This document shows positions 18,830-28,354 of a stretch of DNA of 39,377 bases, piece by piece. The stretch is from contig JAGVJP010000079.1 of the NCBI GenBank assembly GCA_020051075.1, forward strand, positions 1-39,377, given 5' to 3'. Under the pieces are notes generated by a model, which was not told the origin of the DNA, made no database searches, and was given only the letters and a program-made list of their open reading frames with translations. The translations under genes and the position numbers were made by a program. Numbering within the stretch: position 1 is the stretch's first letter; the number at the start of each line of letters is the position of its first letter. Source of the DNA: Parachlamydiales bacterium (GTDB lineage Bacteria; Chlamydiota; Chlamydiia; Chlamydiales; Parachlamydiaceae).

Positions 18830-19273
18830 TTACTGACTCTTAGCATGATAGTCTTCTGATAGTCTATGAAGAGATTGAGCAAACGCTCGAAGTTCGCTTT
18901 GGTCGGCTTCAGCTTCAACATGGAAATGTTCAGCAATCATCGCCGGTTCCCCATAAATATCAATATTGACTGCATAGCATCCTAGACAACCTTTTTTATC
19001 AACAGCCATCTGGATATTGGGTTCAATAAATTCGAATTTAACTCCCATTTGACTGTTGGATTCAAGATAAGCTGTCAATCCATTGGCCCAATATTCCAAT
19101 TCTCCTGCCAATAAACAGGGTTGAGTGAGTTCTACTTCTGCCAATGACCCGCTCCATTTTATTTGAAGAACAAGCCAATCTCTGTCATAGTCCTCGCTCG
19201 ATTCTGGGAATTCATATGAAAGGACCATCAGTTTGAGGCAACCTCTATTAGTTAATAACTTAGCTTCATTCAT
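18830..19273 (-). CDS. Hypothetical protein resembling the WapI-like immunity family
   Basis: LSYEFP...YDRDWL and FEFIEPNI pattern. Start moved to the ATG at 19273, which has a G-rich RBS. Confidence 0.55.
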   Translation of the reverse strand: MNEAKLLTNRGCLKLMVLSYEFPESSEDYDRDWLVLQIKWSGSLAEVELTQPCLLAGELEYWANGLTAYLESNSQMGVKFEFIEPNIQMAVDKKGCLGCYAVNIDIYGEPAMIAEHFHVEAEADQSELRAFAQSLHRLSEDYHAKSQ

Positions 19274-19535
19274 CTGTATATGTAAATACCCCTTAATGAG
19301 CCACATCGAGAAACACAACTTTGTCTATGATTTCTTGAATCGTGTTCATTTGTTTGAATCTTCTTTTGATATCACCAAGATTAAGTGATCCTAGTCTTTA
19401 GAGTCTATCGGTATTTGAGGTGTGTTTTGGATTGTTTTAATGTGTATTGCGTAAATACTCCTCGGTCAGGCATATTTGAAGCAATAAGGTTTTACGAAAC
19501 TGCTTGATCCCACAAACAATAATGAGCCACATTTT

Positions 19536-20126
19536 ATGACTAAGAAAATTTTTATGATTGCTGGTCCAAATGGAGCTGGGAAGACTACAACAGCACTGTC
19601 GTTGATACCTAACGCTGAGGTGATATATGAATTCCTCAATGCAGATGAAATTGCTCGAGGACTTGCTCCGCTCCATCCCGAGAGTGTGTCGCTAACTGCC
19701 AGTAAATTGATGATTAACAGGTTTAAAGGTCTGCTTGACGCAAATAAGAGTTTTGTGTTTGAGACAACAGCTTCGGGAATGAACTACATAAAGCATCTTA
19801 AGAATGCTCAAGCAAATGGATATGAAATTCAATTGTTGTTCCTATGGCTATATAGTCCCGAATTAGCTATCATGCGTGTTGAGCATCGAGTTAGTCAGGG
19901 AGGGCATAATATTCCGGAAGAGACGATAATTAGACGTTATTATTCTGGAATAAAAAATCTTATTCAGCATTACCTTCCTCTTTCCGATGGAGCACTAATC
20001 TTGGACAACTCAAAAGCTGGGTTGAATAATGTTATTGCTAGAAAGGATGTAAAAGGGGAGTTGACAATTGTAGAACCAAACATTTGGAAAGAAATTGAAG
20101 GAATAGCACATGGCACAGAAGCCTAA
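19536..20126 (+). CDS. Zeta-toxin-like P-loop ATPase (COG4185-type)
   Basis: IAGPNGAGKTT, FLNADEIA, FETT and RVSQGGHNIP motifs. Confidence 0.88.
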   Translation: MTKKIFMIAGPNGAGKTTTALSLIPNAEVIYEFLNADEIARGLAPLHPESVSLTASKLMINRFKGLLDANKSFVFETTASGMNYIKHLKNAQANGYEIQLLFLWLYSPELAIMRVEHRVSQGGHNIPEETIIRRYYSGIKNLIQHYLPLSDGALILDNSKAGLNNVIARKDVKGELTIVEPNIWKEIEGIAHGTEA

Positions 20127-20316
20127 AGAAGATATGATTGAACTTTTATTAGAAGCTCACCGAAAGGGCGTTGAAAGCGCTATCGATCTTTCCATTCGCA
20201 CAGGAGTTCCTCTTGTTATAGCTAAAGATGGAGTGATCCAAGAAGTAAAACCGAAATTCAAATACATTCGTGTTCCAATCACAGAAGATGAAGGAAATAA
20301 TTCACTGAGCACCTGA
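20110..20316 (+). CDS. Small putative antitoxin-like partner of the ATPase
   Basis: Overlaps the ATPase stop; TGVPLVIAKDG.I.EV pattern. Confidence 0.7.
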   Translation: MAQKPKEDMIELLLEAHRKGVESAIDLSIRTGVPLVIAKDGVIQEVKPKFKYIRVPITEDEGNNSLST

Positions 20317-20489
20317 GAAGGATTTAGGAATAGTTGTAAGCAGCAATAACCTAAAAAAGCAATGGTCATATGATGTACGGATGTTTAGCCAACAGGTTGT
20401 TGGCCAAATCACCAAAGCTTATAACCCTTTAGTTGAGGTTTTTGGGGCAAGTCGAATATTTACACCCGTGACCAGATACCTGACCCCGA

Positions 20490-21101
20490 TCATATTTTAG
20501 TCAAATTAAAATATATCTTATTGCCGTCAGATGAAACAATCATATTGAACTTTTTCCCGTAAAAAGGATTAATGCCAATCTTAGTGGAAGCCTCAACAAT
20601 GCACTCAGTAATCATCGAATTGATGATGCTGTCTAATGCTAAATTAATTAGCGTCGTCGGAGTGAACCATGATATGATCAATCCATTGTCAACCGATAAA
20701 TAATTTGAGATATCTGTAAATATGCCGTCCCCATTTTGCAAACATAAAAACGAAGCGGAGCATGTTCCCACTTTTTCATTTTTTACGTTGTATATCGGCG
20801 CTCTTCCTGCTAAATATTTAGATGATATGGTTGAACTGTCAATTGAGACATTGGATGTGGGTATTTCAATAAAACTTTGTATAAAATCTTTTGTATATAA
20901 ATAATATGAAAATTTAAGCTTTTTACATCTTTTAAAGCTTTTCAATCTTGATTCATTGTTTTCTCTTATGATGTTCTGATCCTTCACTCCATCGCTATAT
21001 ACACACAACGGTGCACATATGAGCAAAAATAGAACAAAAATACTTTTATATGCATTTTGTAAAAACAACATTACTCTCTCCTTAAGTTTAGCCTCTGTCA
21101 C
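20490..21101 (-). CDS. Hypothetical protein with an N-terminal hydrophobic or signal segment
   Basis: 203-aa AT-rich ORF; no motif recognised. Confidence 0.55.
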   Translation of the reverse strand: MTEAKLKERVMLFLQNAYKSIFVLFLLICAPLCVYSDGVKDQNIIRENNESRLKSFKRCKKLKFSYYLYTKDFIQSFIEIPTSNVSIDSSTISSKYLAGRAPIYNVKNEKVGTCSASFLCLQNGDGIFTDISNYLSVDNGLIISWFTPTTLINLALDSIINSMITECIVEASTKIGINPFYGKKFNMIVSSDGNKIYFNLTKI

Positions 21102-21429
21102 ATAATGTCCTCGGATGCTTTTTCAATATCTTTAAGGACTTCTGAGGTGTTGTTAACCAAGCCCATGCATGGGCAATTCTAAAGATTGCTTTATGTAAAT
21201 TTCAATTTAAAGGGAATAGTCAAAATTTTACAATCAAAAGTTCTGAAATCGTCCAGTTTCTCCCATGTCCCATTTTCGTCATTCTTCAACTCTCAAGCCT
21301 TCGGGTATAAGGGGGACAAGGGACCACAAGAGGTAATTGCAGAAGTCGGGTATGTACGCGCTTGACCTACGCTTTCGCCCCCACCCAACTTTTATAAGCG
21401 CACAGGTTCTGATCAACAACTTTTGGCGG

Positions 21430-21530
21430 AAAAGCGAAAGGGGGCTTTCGCACTCCAAACGCTCCGCGTATCCAACAAATCGTCTTGAATACGCGAAGCG
21501 TTTGGAGTGCGGAAGCCCTCTTCCGCTTTT
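21430..21530. repeat. Complete inverted pair of REP-like elements (REPIN/BIME-like)
   Basis: 21430-21471 is nearly the reverse complement of 21489-21530. Confidence 0.88.
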
Positions 21531-21597
21531 CGATGATCAATTTTGGCAAGAACTTGTGTGTTGATGTCAAATCTGTCCATGCTCAAAATTTTGATGA

Positions 21598-22293
21598 TTA
21601 GAGTCTCATTCTTCTTTGAGATTCCTCATATTGCTTAAGAATTTCTTTCATCGCAGCAGGGCTGCCTCCATGATCAGGATGGTTTTGAAGTGCTAATTTT
21701 CTAAACCGTTTTTTTAGATCTCCAAGGTTTTGACAGCCCTGAAATAAAGGTTTCCGATGCTGTCCCTGATTGGTTGCCTTTGTCTTCCACCCAAACTCAA
21801 GTCTATCAAATTCAGCTTTCAATTCAGGGATTTTGTCAATCAGAGATCCCAACTGGTTTTTTAGATATTGAATCGCTCCAACGTTGTTGCAATCGCGAAG
21901 GATTGTTCTGATTCTTTCTAGAGCGATTCGTATAGCAAGGGGGCATCGGTTTTCCAACCCTTTCAACAACTCTAATTGCTCATGATACGCTTGGGATAAA
22001 TAAGGTTTATAAAGAGGAAATCTTGTGATCTCTCGATACAAGAGAAGGTGCAATGAGTGGATATTCCAAGTCGTGTAGAACAACTTCAGTGATTGTTGGA
22101 GATTGGCATCATTTTCAGGGGATTGATTGACCTCGTCTTCTTTATCTGAGAAAAAATGGATGAAGACGACAATAAAAAAAATGATCGTCATAAGTTCTTG
22201 GATCATGATAGGTCGTTCAGTTGGACAGTATACATTCTTGTTTGTCGTGTTATAAATTTGGGCTGAAGAAAAATCCTTTTTATCAACAACCAT
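21598..22293 (-). CDS. Protein with an N-terminal TM helix and a C-terminal J-domain; real start possibly 22206
   Basis: DLKKRFRKLALQNHPDHGGS HPD motif. The first codons of the long ORF come from a duplicated fragment of the 18830 gene. Confidence 0.7.
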   Translation of the reverse strand: MVVDKKDFSSAQIYNTTNKNVYCPTERPIMIQELMTIIFFIVVFIHFFSDKEDEVNQSPENDANLQQSLKLFYTTWNIHSLHLLLYREITRFPLYKPYLSQAYHEQLELLKGLENRCPLAIRIALERIRTILRDCNNVGAIQYLKNQLGSLIDKIPELKAEFDRLEFGWKTKATNQGQHRKPLFQGCQNLGDLKKRFRKLALQNHPDHGGSPAAMKEILKQYEESQRRMRL

Positions 22294-22481
22294 CTGGATA
22301 TTGGGTTCAATAAATTCGAAATTAACTCCCGTTTGACTGTTGGATTCAGGATAAGCTGATCTTCATTTGATATCACCAAGATTAAGTGATCCAGGCCTTT
22401 AGAGTCTATCGGTATTTGAGGCTTGTTCGTTTTGAATTATTTTAGTGTGTGTTGCGTAAATACTCTTTGATCAAGTATATT
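22276..22481. repeat. Internally deleted copy of 18991-19476
   Basis: 22276-22358 matches 18991-19074, 22367-22421 matches 19366-19420, and 22436-22481 matches 19431-19476. Confidence 0.88.
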
Positions 22482-22617
22482 GCTTCATGATGAAAGACAT
22501 GGTTTTGAATTCGTATTTGACTGTAAGGTGTGTTTGCAAGACAAATATTTTTTTGTCTAAGATAACATAATACTTGAAAAATTGGCATTTTGAAAATGGG
22601 ATAGTTAAAGGTACTGT

Positions 22618-23511
22618 ATGGATGTAAGCAATCGAATTTGTCTAATCACTGGAGCTAATAGTGGGATTGGAAAATCTGTTGCATTACAATTTGCAAGAAT
22701 TGGCATAAAAGTAATCATAGCCTGTCGAAACGAAGAAAGAGGAAAACAAGCTCTTCGAGAAATTCAAGAGGAAACAGGTAATTTATTGACAGAGCTGATG
22801 ATTGTGGATCTTTCGTCCATGGCTTCGATAAGAAAATTTTCTCATGATTTTCAGAAAAAATTTCAGCGTCTCGATCTGTTGATTCATAATGGAGCTAATT
22901 TCGATCATACTTTAAATAAAGCAGTGCTTACAGAAGATGGTTTTGAGACAATTTTTGCAACGAATTATTTAGGACCATTCTTGATGACAAGGCTTTTGCT
23001 GCCTTGCTTATTTGCTTCTCCGCATCCTAGGTTGCTTACCGTTGGTACGAAAGGACTTAATTTTTATCCATTTGCAAATATTAATTTTGATGATTTGAAT
23101 TTTAAAAATAGTAAATTTACAACTGCAAAAGCATATTACAATTCAAAGTTAGCGTTATTGATGTTTACTATAGATTTTGCCAATCATTTTAAGGGAAGAA
23201 TTGATGCACACTGTATTCGCGTTACTAATGTAGCCATTGGAAATGATCGACTCATCACTTTACCTTGGTATCTTAGATATATGTATTTTATAAAAAGACA
23301 ATTTTCAATAACTCCCCAGCAAATGTCAAAAACCTATATCACTCTTGCTTTGAGTCCAGAAATAGAAGGCTTGACAGGATTGTATTGGGACGAGAATCAA
23401 AAAATCGTTAATTTCCCTTCAAAAGCTCTAAATATCGAAACAAGAGAACGTTTATGGAATATCACTGAAAATATGTTAGAAGTTAGTTTTAGAGATGTTT
23501 TAGATCATTAA
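22618..23511 (+). CDS. SDR oxidoreductase (retinol dehydrogenase/WWOX-like)
   Basis: ITGANSGIG, TEDGFETIFATNYLGPF and YYNSK motifs. Confidence 0.92.
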   Translation: MDVSNRICLITGANSGIGKSVALQFARIGIKVIIACRNEERGKQALREIQEETGNLLTELMIVDLSSMASIRKFSHDFQKKFQRLDLLIHNGANFDHTLNKAVLTEDGFETIFATNYLGPFLMTRLLLPCLFASPHPRLLTVGTKGLNFYPFANINFDDLNFKNSKFTTAKAYYNSKLALLMFTIDFANHFKGRIDAHCIRVTNVAIGNDRLITLPWYLRYMYFIKRQFSITPQQMSKTYITLALSPEIEGLTGLYWDENQKIVNFPSKALNIETRERLWNITENMLEVSFRDVLDH

Positions 23512-23684
23512 CACCCAATAATCAAGATATGCAAGAACGCTGCGTGGCAGGTTAGGGATGATGATAAGTAGGTTTTACTGAATGTTCTCTTGTTTGGGCA
23601 CAGACATATAGCCACACTCGCCCAGGCCGTCAGGCCTGGGGACAGTTCACATCTTTTTGTGAGCCATATAAGAGCGATATATGG

Positions 23685-24014
23685 TTAATAGGACACTGGG
23701 CGTTGACTCAATTTGACGATCTCTGACCAATCATCAGATTGAACATCGCCTTCTGCGATCAGATTTAATTTCTCATGACCGCATTTCAAGCATTTATGAA
23801 CTATTTGCCAGCCCTTTTTTCCATTATATTTTAACCGATATGCTTTCATAATGCCATGACAAGAGCTTTCTCTGTCGCCAGGGATTAGTGCATCGACATG
23901 GAGTGATGATAGACAAAAAGGACAGTGGTTGCGATAGCTTCCACGCTTTAGCGACATCACGTATTTTTGGCATACGATACACACAAAATCAGTATTTTCT
24001 TCTTTTTTACCCAT
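23685..24014 (-). CDS. RNHCP domain protein
   Basis: YRNHCPFCLSSLHVD..PGDR..C.G.M and HKCLKCG; likely start MGKK at 24014. Confidence 0.9.
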   Translation of the reverse strand: MGKKEENTDFVCIVCQKYVMSLKRGSYRNHCPFCLSSLHVDALIPGDRESSCHGIMKAYRLKYNGKKGWQIVHKCLKCGHEKLNLIAEGDVQSDDWSEIVKLSQRPVSY

Positions 24015-24354
24015 TCCATACTCTCTTGGATTTGTTGTTGAACAAAACATCAAGAAAGTAGGATTCCGTTTGATTCTTACTGTAAAACAGCCATCGGGCT
24101 TATCTAAACTAGGGAAAAATTCACCGCTGTTCCTTTAGAGTTCGCGGTTACTTTCAGCTCCAACTTCATTAAGGCTTTTTTCATCCTTAAATCCGAACCT
24201 CTGCCAATTTTTCTGTTTGTATTGGCCACTGTAAGGCGGCCTTGAAGCCACCTTCCGCTGATAAGTGTAATTTTAGACTCACCGACTTAGGCGTCGTCTC
24301 CTAAGAATGGGTAACGCTCCTCAATTTAATAAATTTTTTCATCATAATACTCCT
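24015..24354 (-). promoter_or_regulatory. Structured leader with a 14-aa uORF (24345-24301, MMKKFIKLRSVTHS) upstream of the RNHCP gene
   Basis: AGGAG RBS plus uORF, followed by several hairpins (CTTAGG/CCTAAG, AAGGTGGC/GCCGCCTT, GCCAAT/ATTGGC, TTAAGG/CCTTAA). Confidence 0.45.
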
Positions 24355-24384
24355 TGCAAAATAGTAAATTATACTGTTTGTTTA

Positions 24385-25416
24385 TCAATTATAACTTGAT
24401 CTTTCAGTATCATTAATAAAATTATGAATGGCTTTAAAATAATTTTCTGGATCATCGTAGAATGTGAAATGACTCCCATTTTTACAAATTTTTTTGTGAG
24501 AATTAGGAATTAAGGATCCCATTTTTTCTAAATCATTTGGATCCATCGCATCATATCTTCCACATATAAGGAGTGTTGGGATTGTTATTTTCGGAAGATC
24601 ATTCCATCGATTCCAATCTTTAGAATTTCCTGTAATGATATATTCGCTTGGGCCTTGAATGATTTGATAAACTTGAGTGTTTAGATGACGAAAAGATCGT
24701 AAAAGAGATTCTGGCCAGGGTTTTGTGCGACAAAGATAACGGGAATAAACTTCATCAAATAAGAGCTTTTCATATTCTGGATTATGAATATCTCCAGTAT
24801 CTTCATATGATTTTAAGCGATCTTTGATTGAAAAAGGGAGTTGTGAAATCAAATAATTAAAATGATTTACGTAAGAGTCAGCACTTGCGGTAATTCCTGC
24901 AAGGATCACTCCCTTCAAATGATGTTGATATTTTAATGAATATTCGATAGCTAACAAACCACCCCAAGAGTGACCATAGAGGTAAAAATTATTAAGTCCA
25001 AGGGCTTTTCGTACTTGCTCTACTTCTTCACAAAAACGGTCGATTGTCCAAAGAGAGGGATCATCTGGTTGATCAGAATAATAGGAACCCAATTGATCGT
25101 AAAAAATAATTTGAAATTGATCTTTTGGAAAAAACTCTTCGATACACTCTAAGTATTCGTGCGTATGTCCTGGCCCTCCATGCAAAGTAAGGATTTTAAT
25201 TGGTCCTGTACCAATTCGTTTTGTCCAGACTCTAAATCCATTATCTAATTGGACAAATTCCGCGCCTTCCAGTTTTGCGGTTCTTAAATCTCTTTCAGAC
25301 TCATCTGCAGATATAAAATTCACAAAAATAAGCATTAGTAAAAATAATAATTTTATTACTTGTTTGCTTTTTAAATTACGCAATATGTTGATCGGAGAAT
25401 TAACATTGTTGAACAT
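24385..25416 (-). CDS. Proline iminopeptidase family alpha/beta hydrolase
   Basis: LHGGPG, YDQLGS and GHSWGG nucleophile elbow. Confidence 0.92.
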   Translation of the reverse strand: MFNNVNSPINILRNLKSKQVIKLLFLLMLIFVNFISADESERDLRTAKLEGAEFVQLDNGFRVWTKRIGTGPIKILTLHGGPGHTHEYLECIEEFFPKDQFQIIFYDQLGSYYSDQPDDPSLWTIDRFCEEVEQVRKALGLNNFYLYGHSWGGLLAIEYSLKYQHHLKGVILAGITASADSYVNHFNYLISQLPFSIKDRLKSYEDTGDIHNPEYEKLLFDEVYSRYLCRTKPWPESLLRSFRHLNTQVYQIIQGPSEYIITGNSKDWNRWNDLPKITIPTLLICGRYDAMDPNDLEKMGSLIPNSHKKICKNGSHFTFYDDPENYFKAIHNFINDTERSSYN

Positions 25417-25498
25417 ATTGGCGCTTTCTATTGGAATTTTTTTTAATTAGAATAGACGAAGTATGCATACTTTGCTAGTCAAAAGTCTGGGATATATA

Positions 25499-26287
25499 TC
25501 ATTCTATTTCGTATTGCATAAGCAACTGAGCCGCATCATTACTCATAATTTTATTTAAGAATTTTTTTTGAAATTCGGCGATTTCAGGAAAATAAACCTT
25601 TTCTACATATTCAATAGCGGTATAGTGAACGCCTATATATTCAATATTTTGCTCGATTAACGCTTTTTCTACTTCCTCAACATGGCTTCTTCTGTCATCA
25701 ATAAACACAACTTTTTTTGGTTTTTGATTGATAAGAGATAAGAAACGAACAAAAATTTCCCCTTTTTTGTTATACTCACCTGTAAATAAAATCCCTTGAG
25801 TATAAATTGTTGGTGTTTCAGAAGGCACAACAAATGTTTTCTTTAAGGGGGCACTGTCAAGAAAACTCCATTCTAATGATGCCAACTGACGAATTGTAGA
25901 CTCAGCAAGAGAGGGTTGTCTATGCGTTAATCCCATCATGACAATGTTTCGTTGTCTCAAATTCATTAATGCTGGGATAAAAGCTGCTTCTACAGGTTTG
26001 ACAGGACATATTTTTTGTACTTCAATCCATTCAGGGTAGCATTCTCGAGTAGCTTCCTCTAAAGTCATTCCGTTTCTCATTTTTCCATGAGCTCTGTCAT
26101 AAAACCATTCTGTATGCCCAAGAGCTTGTTTGCCTTCATATATGGTATTATCGAGATCAACTAAAAGCCATGTGTTTTCATCAATTAATGAGACAATATT
26201 TTCAATGGTGACCGTTTCAATGATCTTGGCATCGCCAATTAGAGGTACAAAAAAAGCTATCAAGTAACACATAATTCTTAAAAACAT
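25499..26287 (-). CDS. DUF2608 family HAD-like protein
   Basis: LLVDLDNT, GLTHR and FIDD motifs; signal peptide-like N-terminus. Confidence 0.85.
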   Translation of the reverse strand: MFLRIMCYLIAFFVPLIGDAKIIETVTIENIVSLIDENTWLLVDLDNTIYEGKQALGHTEWFYDRAHGKMRNGMTLEEATRECYPEWIEVQKICPVKPVEAAFIPALMNLRQRNIVMMGLTHRQPSLAESTIRQLASLEWSFLDSAPLKKTFVVPSETPTIYTQGILFTGEYNKKGEIFVRFLSLINQKPKKVVFIDDRRSHVEEVEKALIEQNIEYIGVHYTAIEYVEKVYFPEIAEFQKKFLNKIMSNDAAQLLMQYEIE

Positions 26288-26465
26288 AATCCCTCAAAAT
26301 AAATAATAATTTTCTTAATCACAGAAGATGAAGGGAATAATTCGCTGAACGCCTGAGATAGTAAACTGAGATCATTTGTCGCGACTTCTAATTTGCTGCA
26401 TGTTGTGTGCTGAATCCCATTATATTGGCCGCTCACAGCCTGTAGGAAATACTTCCTATCACTCG

Positions 26466-26882
26466 TTATGAAAGCATTGCTGGTTGCATGAGTAATGAAT
26501 GCACTGTCGCACCAAGCTCAACCAAAGGACAGTGGAGACGGGTGACATCAGGATGATGATAGAATGCATTTGTCTGAGGCCCGAGCTCAAACATTAAAGA
26601 ATCCTCGGTATGAAGAAAGACTCTCTTTTCCCTTGCGAGTGCAAATCCGAGTTCCAGATGTGTCCCATTTCCTCCAGGAAGGAGAACAACAACAAAATCG
26701 GCTTCCGACACCCCATTGAGTTCGAACAACGCCACATCTCGTAGACGCTCTTTACTAACCGATTTCACACTTCCATGTACAGTCCAGTCGTAGGAAATTT
26801 CATGACCACATTTTATTAGGTTGTCTCTTACGGTATTGTGAGAGATCATTCTTGAAAGTGATGTTGCAATATAGAATTTCAT
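26466..26882 (-). CDS. Nucleoside 2-deoxyribosyltransferase-like protein
   Basis: MKFYIA, YDWT and ADFVVVLLPGGNGTHLELGFALA motifs. Confidence 0.8.
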   Translation of the reverse strand: MKFYIATSLSRMISHNTVRDNLIKCGHEISYDWTVHGSVKSVSKERLRDVALFELNGVSEADFVVVLLPGGNGTHLELGFALAREKRVFLHTEDSLMFELGPQTNAFYHHPDVTRLHCPLVELGATVHSLLMQPAMLS

Positions 26883-26955
26883 CAGATTTTTTCCTTAGAT
26901 AAAGAAATCAATTTATCAAACGTTTTCAATTTTTTCCATTCAAAAGTTCTGATCG

Positions 26956-27055
26956 GTTGGTTCGAGTCAAACCGTCCCTATTTTTATGCATTTGATGGCA
27001 AATTAGTGGTGCAAAATGGTGCAAAGAAGCACAATCGAACGTCTTATAAATAATT
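26956..27055 (+). repeat. Degenerate tRNA-Tyr 3' fragment followed by an arm-like sequence
   Basis: GTTGGTTCGAGTCAAACCGTCCCTA matches the tRNA-Tyr end at 22/25. 26981-27055 is homologous to 16285-16360. Confidence 0.7.
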
Positions 27056-27136
27056 TATCCATTATACACAATGACGAACGTCGCTCTACCTGTCTAAAGG
27101 ATGGCTGTGGATGACTTGAATTTGGTTAACAGGCAT

Positions 27137-27225
27137 CAAAGGGACCTAAAGGTAAGGGACAAGGGACCACAAGGACCTAAGGGACGTAAAAAGAGACGTA
27201 AAGGACATTTTTCAAGAGGTCCCTA
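27137..27225 (+). repeat. Degenerate AAGGGAC-unit tandem repeat upstream of cat
   Basis: aagggacctaa, aagggacaagggaccacaaggacctaagggacgtaa...; related unit at 21311-21330. Confidence 0.6.
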
Positions 27226-27266
27226 AGAGGTTCAGACAATAAACGAGGAAAACCCAAGGCAAAGAA

Positions 27267-27938
27267 ATGGAGTTTAAACTAATAGATCTTTCGAAATGGA
27301 GCCGCAAGGAGTACTTTGATCACTATCTAAACTGTACTCCTTGTACTTACAGCATGACACTAAATCTAGATATTACTATCCTCCTTAGGGCCATAAAGAG
27401 GAAAAATATCAAGTTATATCCTACTACAATTTATTTGTTATCAACAGTTGTAAATAGGCATGAAGAATTTCGCACAACCATAGACGAAGATGGTCATCTA
27501 GGTGTTTTTGATTTGATGCATCCTGCTTATGCTGTTTTCCACAATGACAATGAGACTTTCACTAATATTTGGACAGAATATAATTTTTCCTTTTCAAAAT
27601 TTTATGAAAATTATTTATCAGATCTTCAAAGATACGGGTCAGTAAAACGATTTTTAGCCAAACCTGATACACCACCTAATGTATTTACGATTTCAAGTAT
27701 TCCATGGGTGAGCTTCTCGGGATTTAATTTAAACCTACCTAAATTAGGAAATTATCTTTTACCTATTTTTACAACAGGAAAATATTTCGATCAAAATGAT
27801 CGCATATTGCTTCCGATATCTGTTCAGGTTCATCATGCTGTTTGCGATGGATATCATATTGCCAGGTTCATTAATCAGCTACAGGAAGATATGAATAAGT
27901 TCGCAAGCGAAATAGTGGATCAATTTACCGAGTTGTAA
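27267..27938 (+). CDS. catA: Type A chloramphenicol O-acetyltransferase
   Basis: W.RKEYF.HY, ISSIPW and the catalytic QVHHAVCDGYH motif. Confidence 0.93.
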   Translation: MEFKLIDLSKWSRKEYFDHYLNCTPCTYSMTLNLDITILLRAIKRKNIKLYPTTIYLLSTVVNRHEEFRTTIDEDGHLGVFDLMHPAYAVFHNDNETFTNIWTEYNFSFSKFYENYLSDLQRYGSVKRFLAKPDTPPNVFTISSIPWVSFSGFNLNLPKLGNYLLPIFTTGKYFDQNDRILLPISVQVHHAVCDGYHIARFINQLQEDMNKFASEIVDQFTEL

Positions 27939-28077
27939 GAACAATGGCGAAAAAGAAAAAAGCTTATAAGCATTCAGGAAGTCGGTTTAAACGCATGTCG
28001 CGACATGGAAGATAAGAAAGTATAATTGAAGCCATGCGTCTGCTATGGAAGTATCATACTTTCTCTCAATTAAATGG

Positions 28078-28192
28078 TTAACCACAGAGATCACGGAGAG
28101 GGAGGGAAATGCGCAATTGCCTTGAAAAACCATTCTAAAGAGGCTTACGCATTTTCCTCCCTCTCCGTGATCTCTGTGAACTCAGTGGTTAA
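28078..28192. repeat. Palindromic CACAGAG-family element
   Basis: 28083-28116 pairs with 28145-28178 (34 bp, 2 mismatches); outer TTAACCAC/GTGGTTAA. Confidence 0.85.
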
Positions 28193-28225
28193 GTATTCGG
28201 AGTTTTGTATGTTAAGGTTCTTTTC

Positions 28226-28243
28226 GATTTATGCAACAACGCC
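28226..28243 (-). mobile_element. Solo IS903-group-like terminal inverted repeat
   Basis: Reverse complement GGCGTTGTTGCATAAATC versus the recalled IS903 IR GGCTTTGTTGAATAAATC (16/18). Confidence 0.6.
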
Positions 28244-28302
28244 CTTTTGCAATACCTCTAAGACACCTAAATCATAAGAAATTCTTACTTTTTCACAAAA
28301 CG

Positions 28303-28333
28303 ATTGACCGAGGGTCGGTCAATATGATATAAC
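28303..28333 (+). promoter_or_regulatory. TetR operator palindrome overlapping a promoter
   Basis: ATTGACCGA-ggg-TCGGTCAAT perfect inverted repeat; TTGACC-N18-TATAAC with TGn. Confidence 0.8.
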
Positions 28334-28354
28334 AAGATCAACAAAAGGAGCGTT

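Noticed and set aside
19290..19400. Minus-strand peptide NLGDIKRRF...IIDKVVFLDVAH resembling a J-domain or RelE fragment
   Set aside because: Too short to separate from chance.
24061..24300. tmRNA or RNase P RNA
   Set aside because: No tRNA-like ends and no GAGGAAAGUCC signature.
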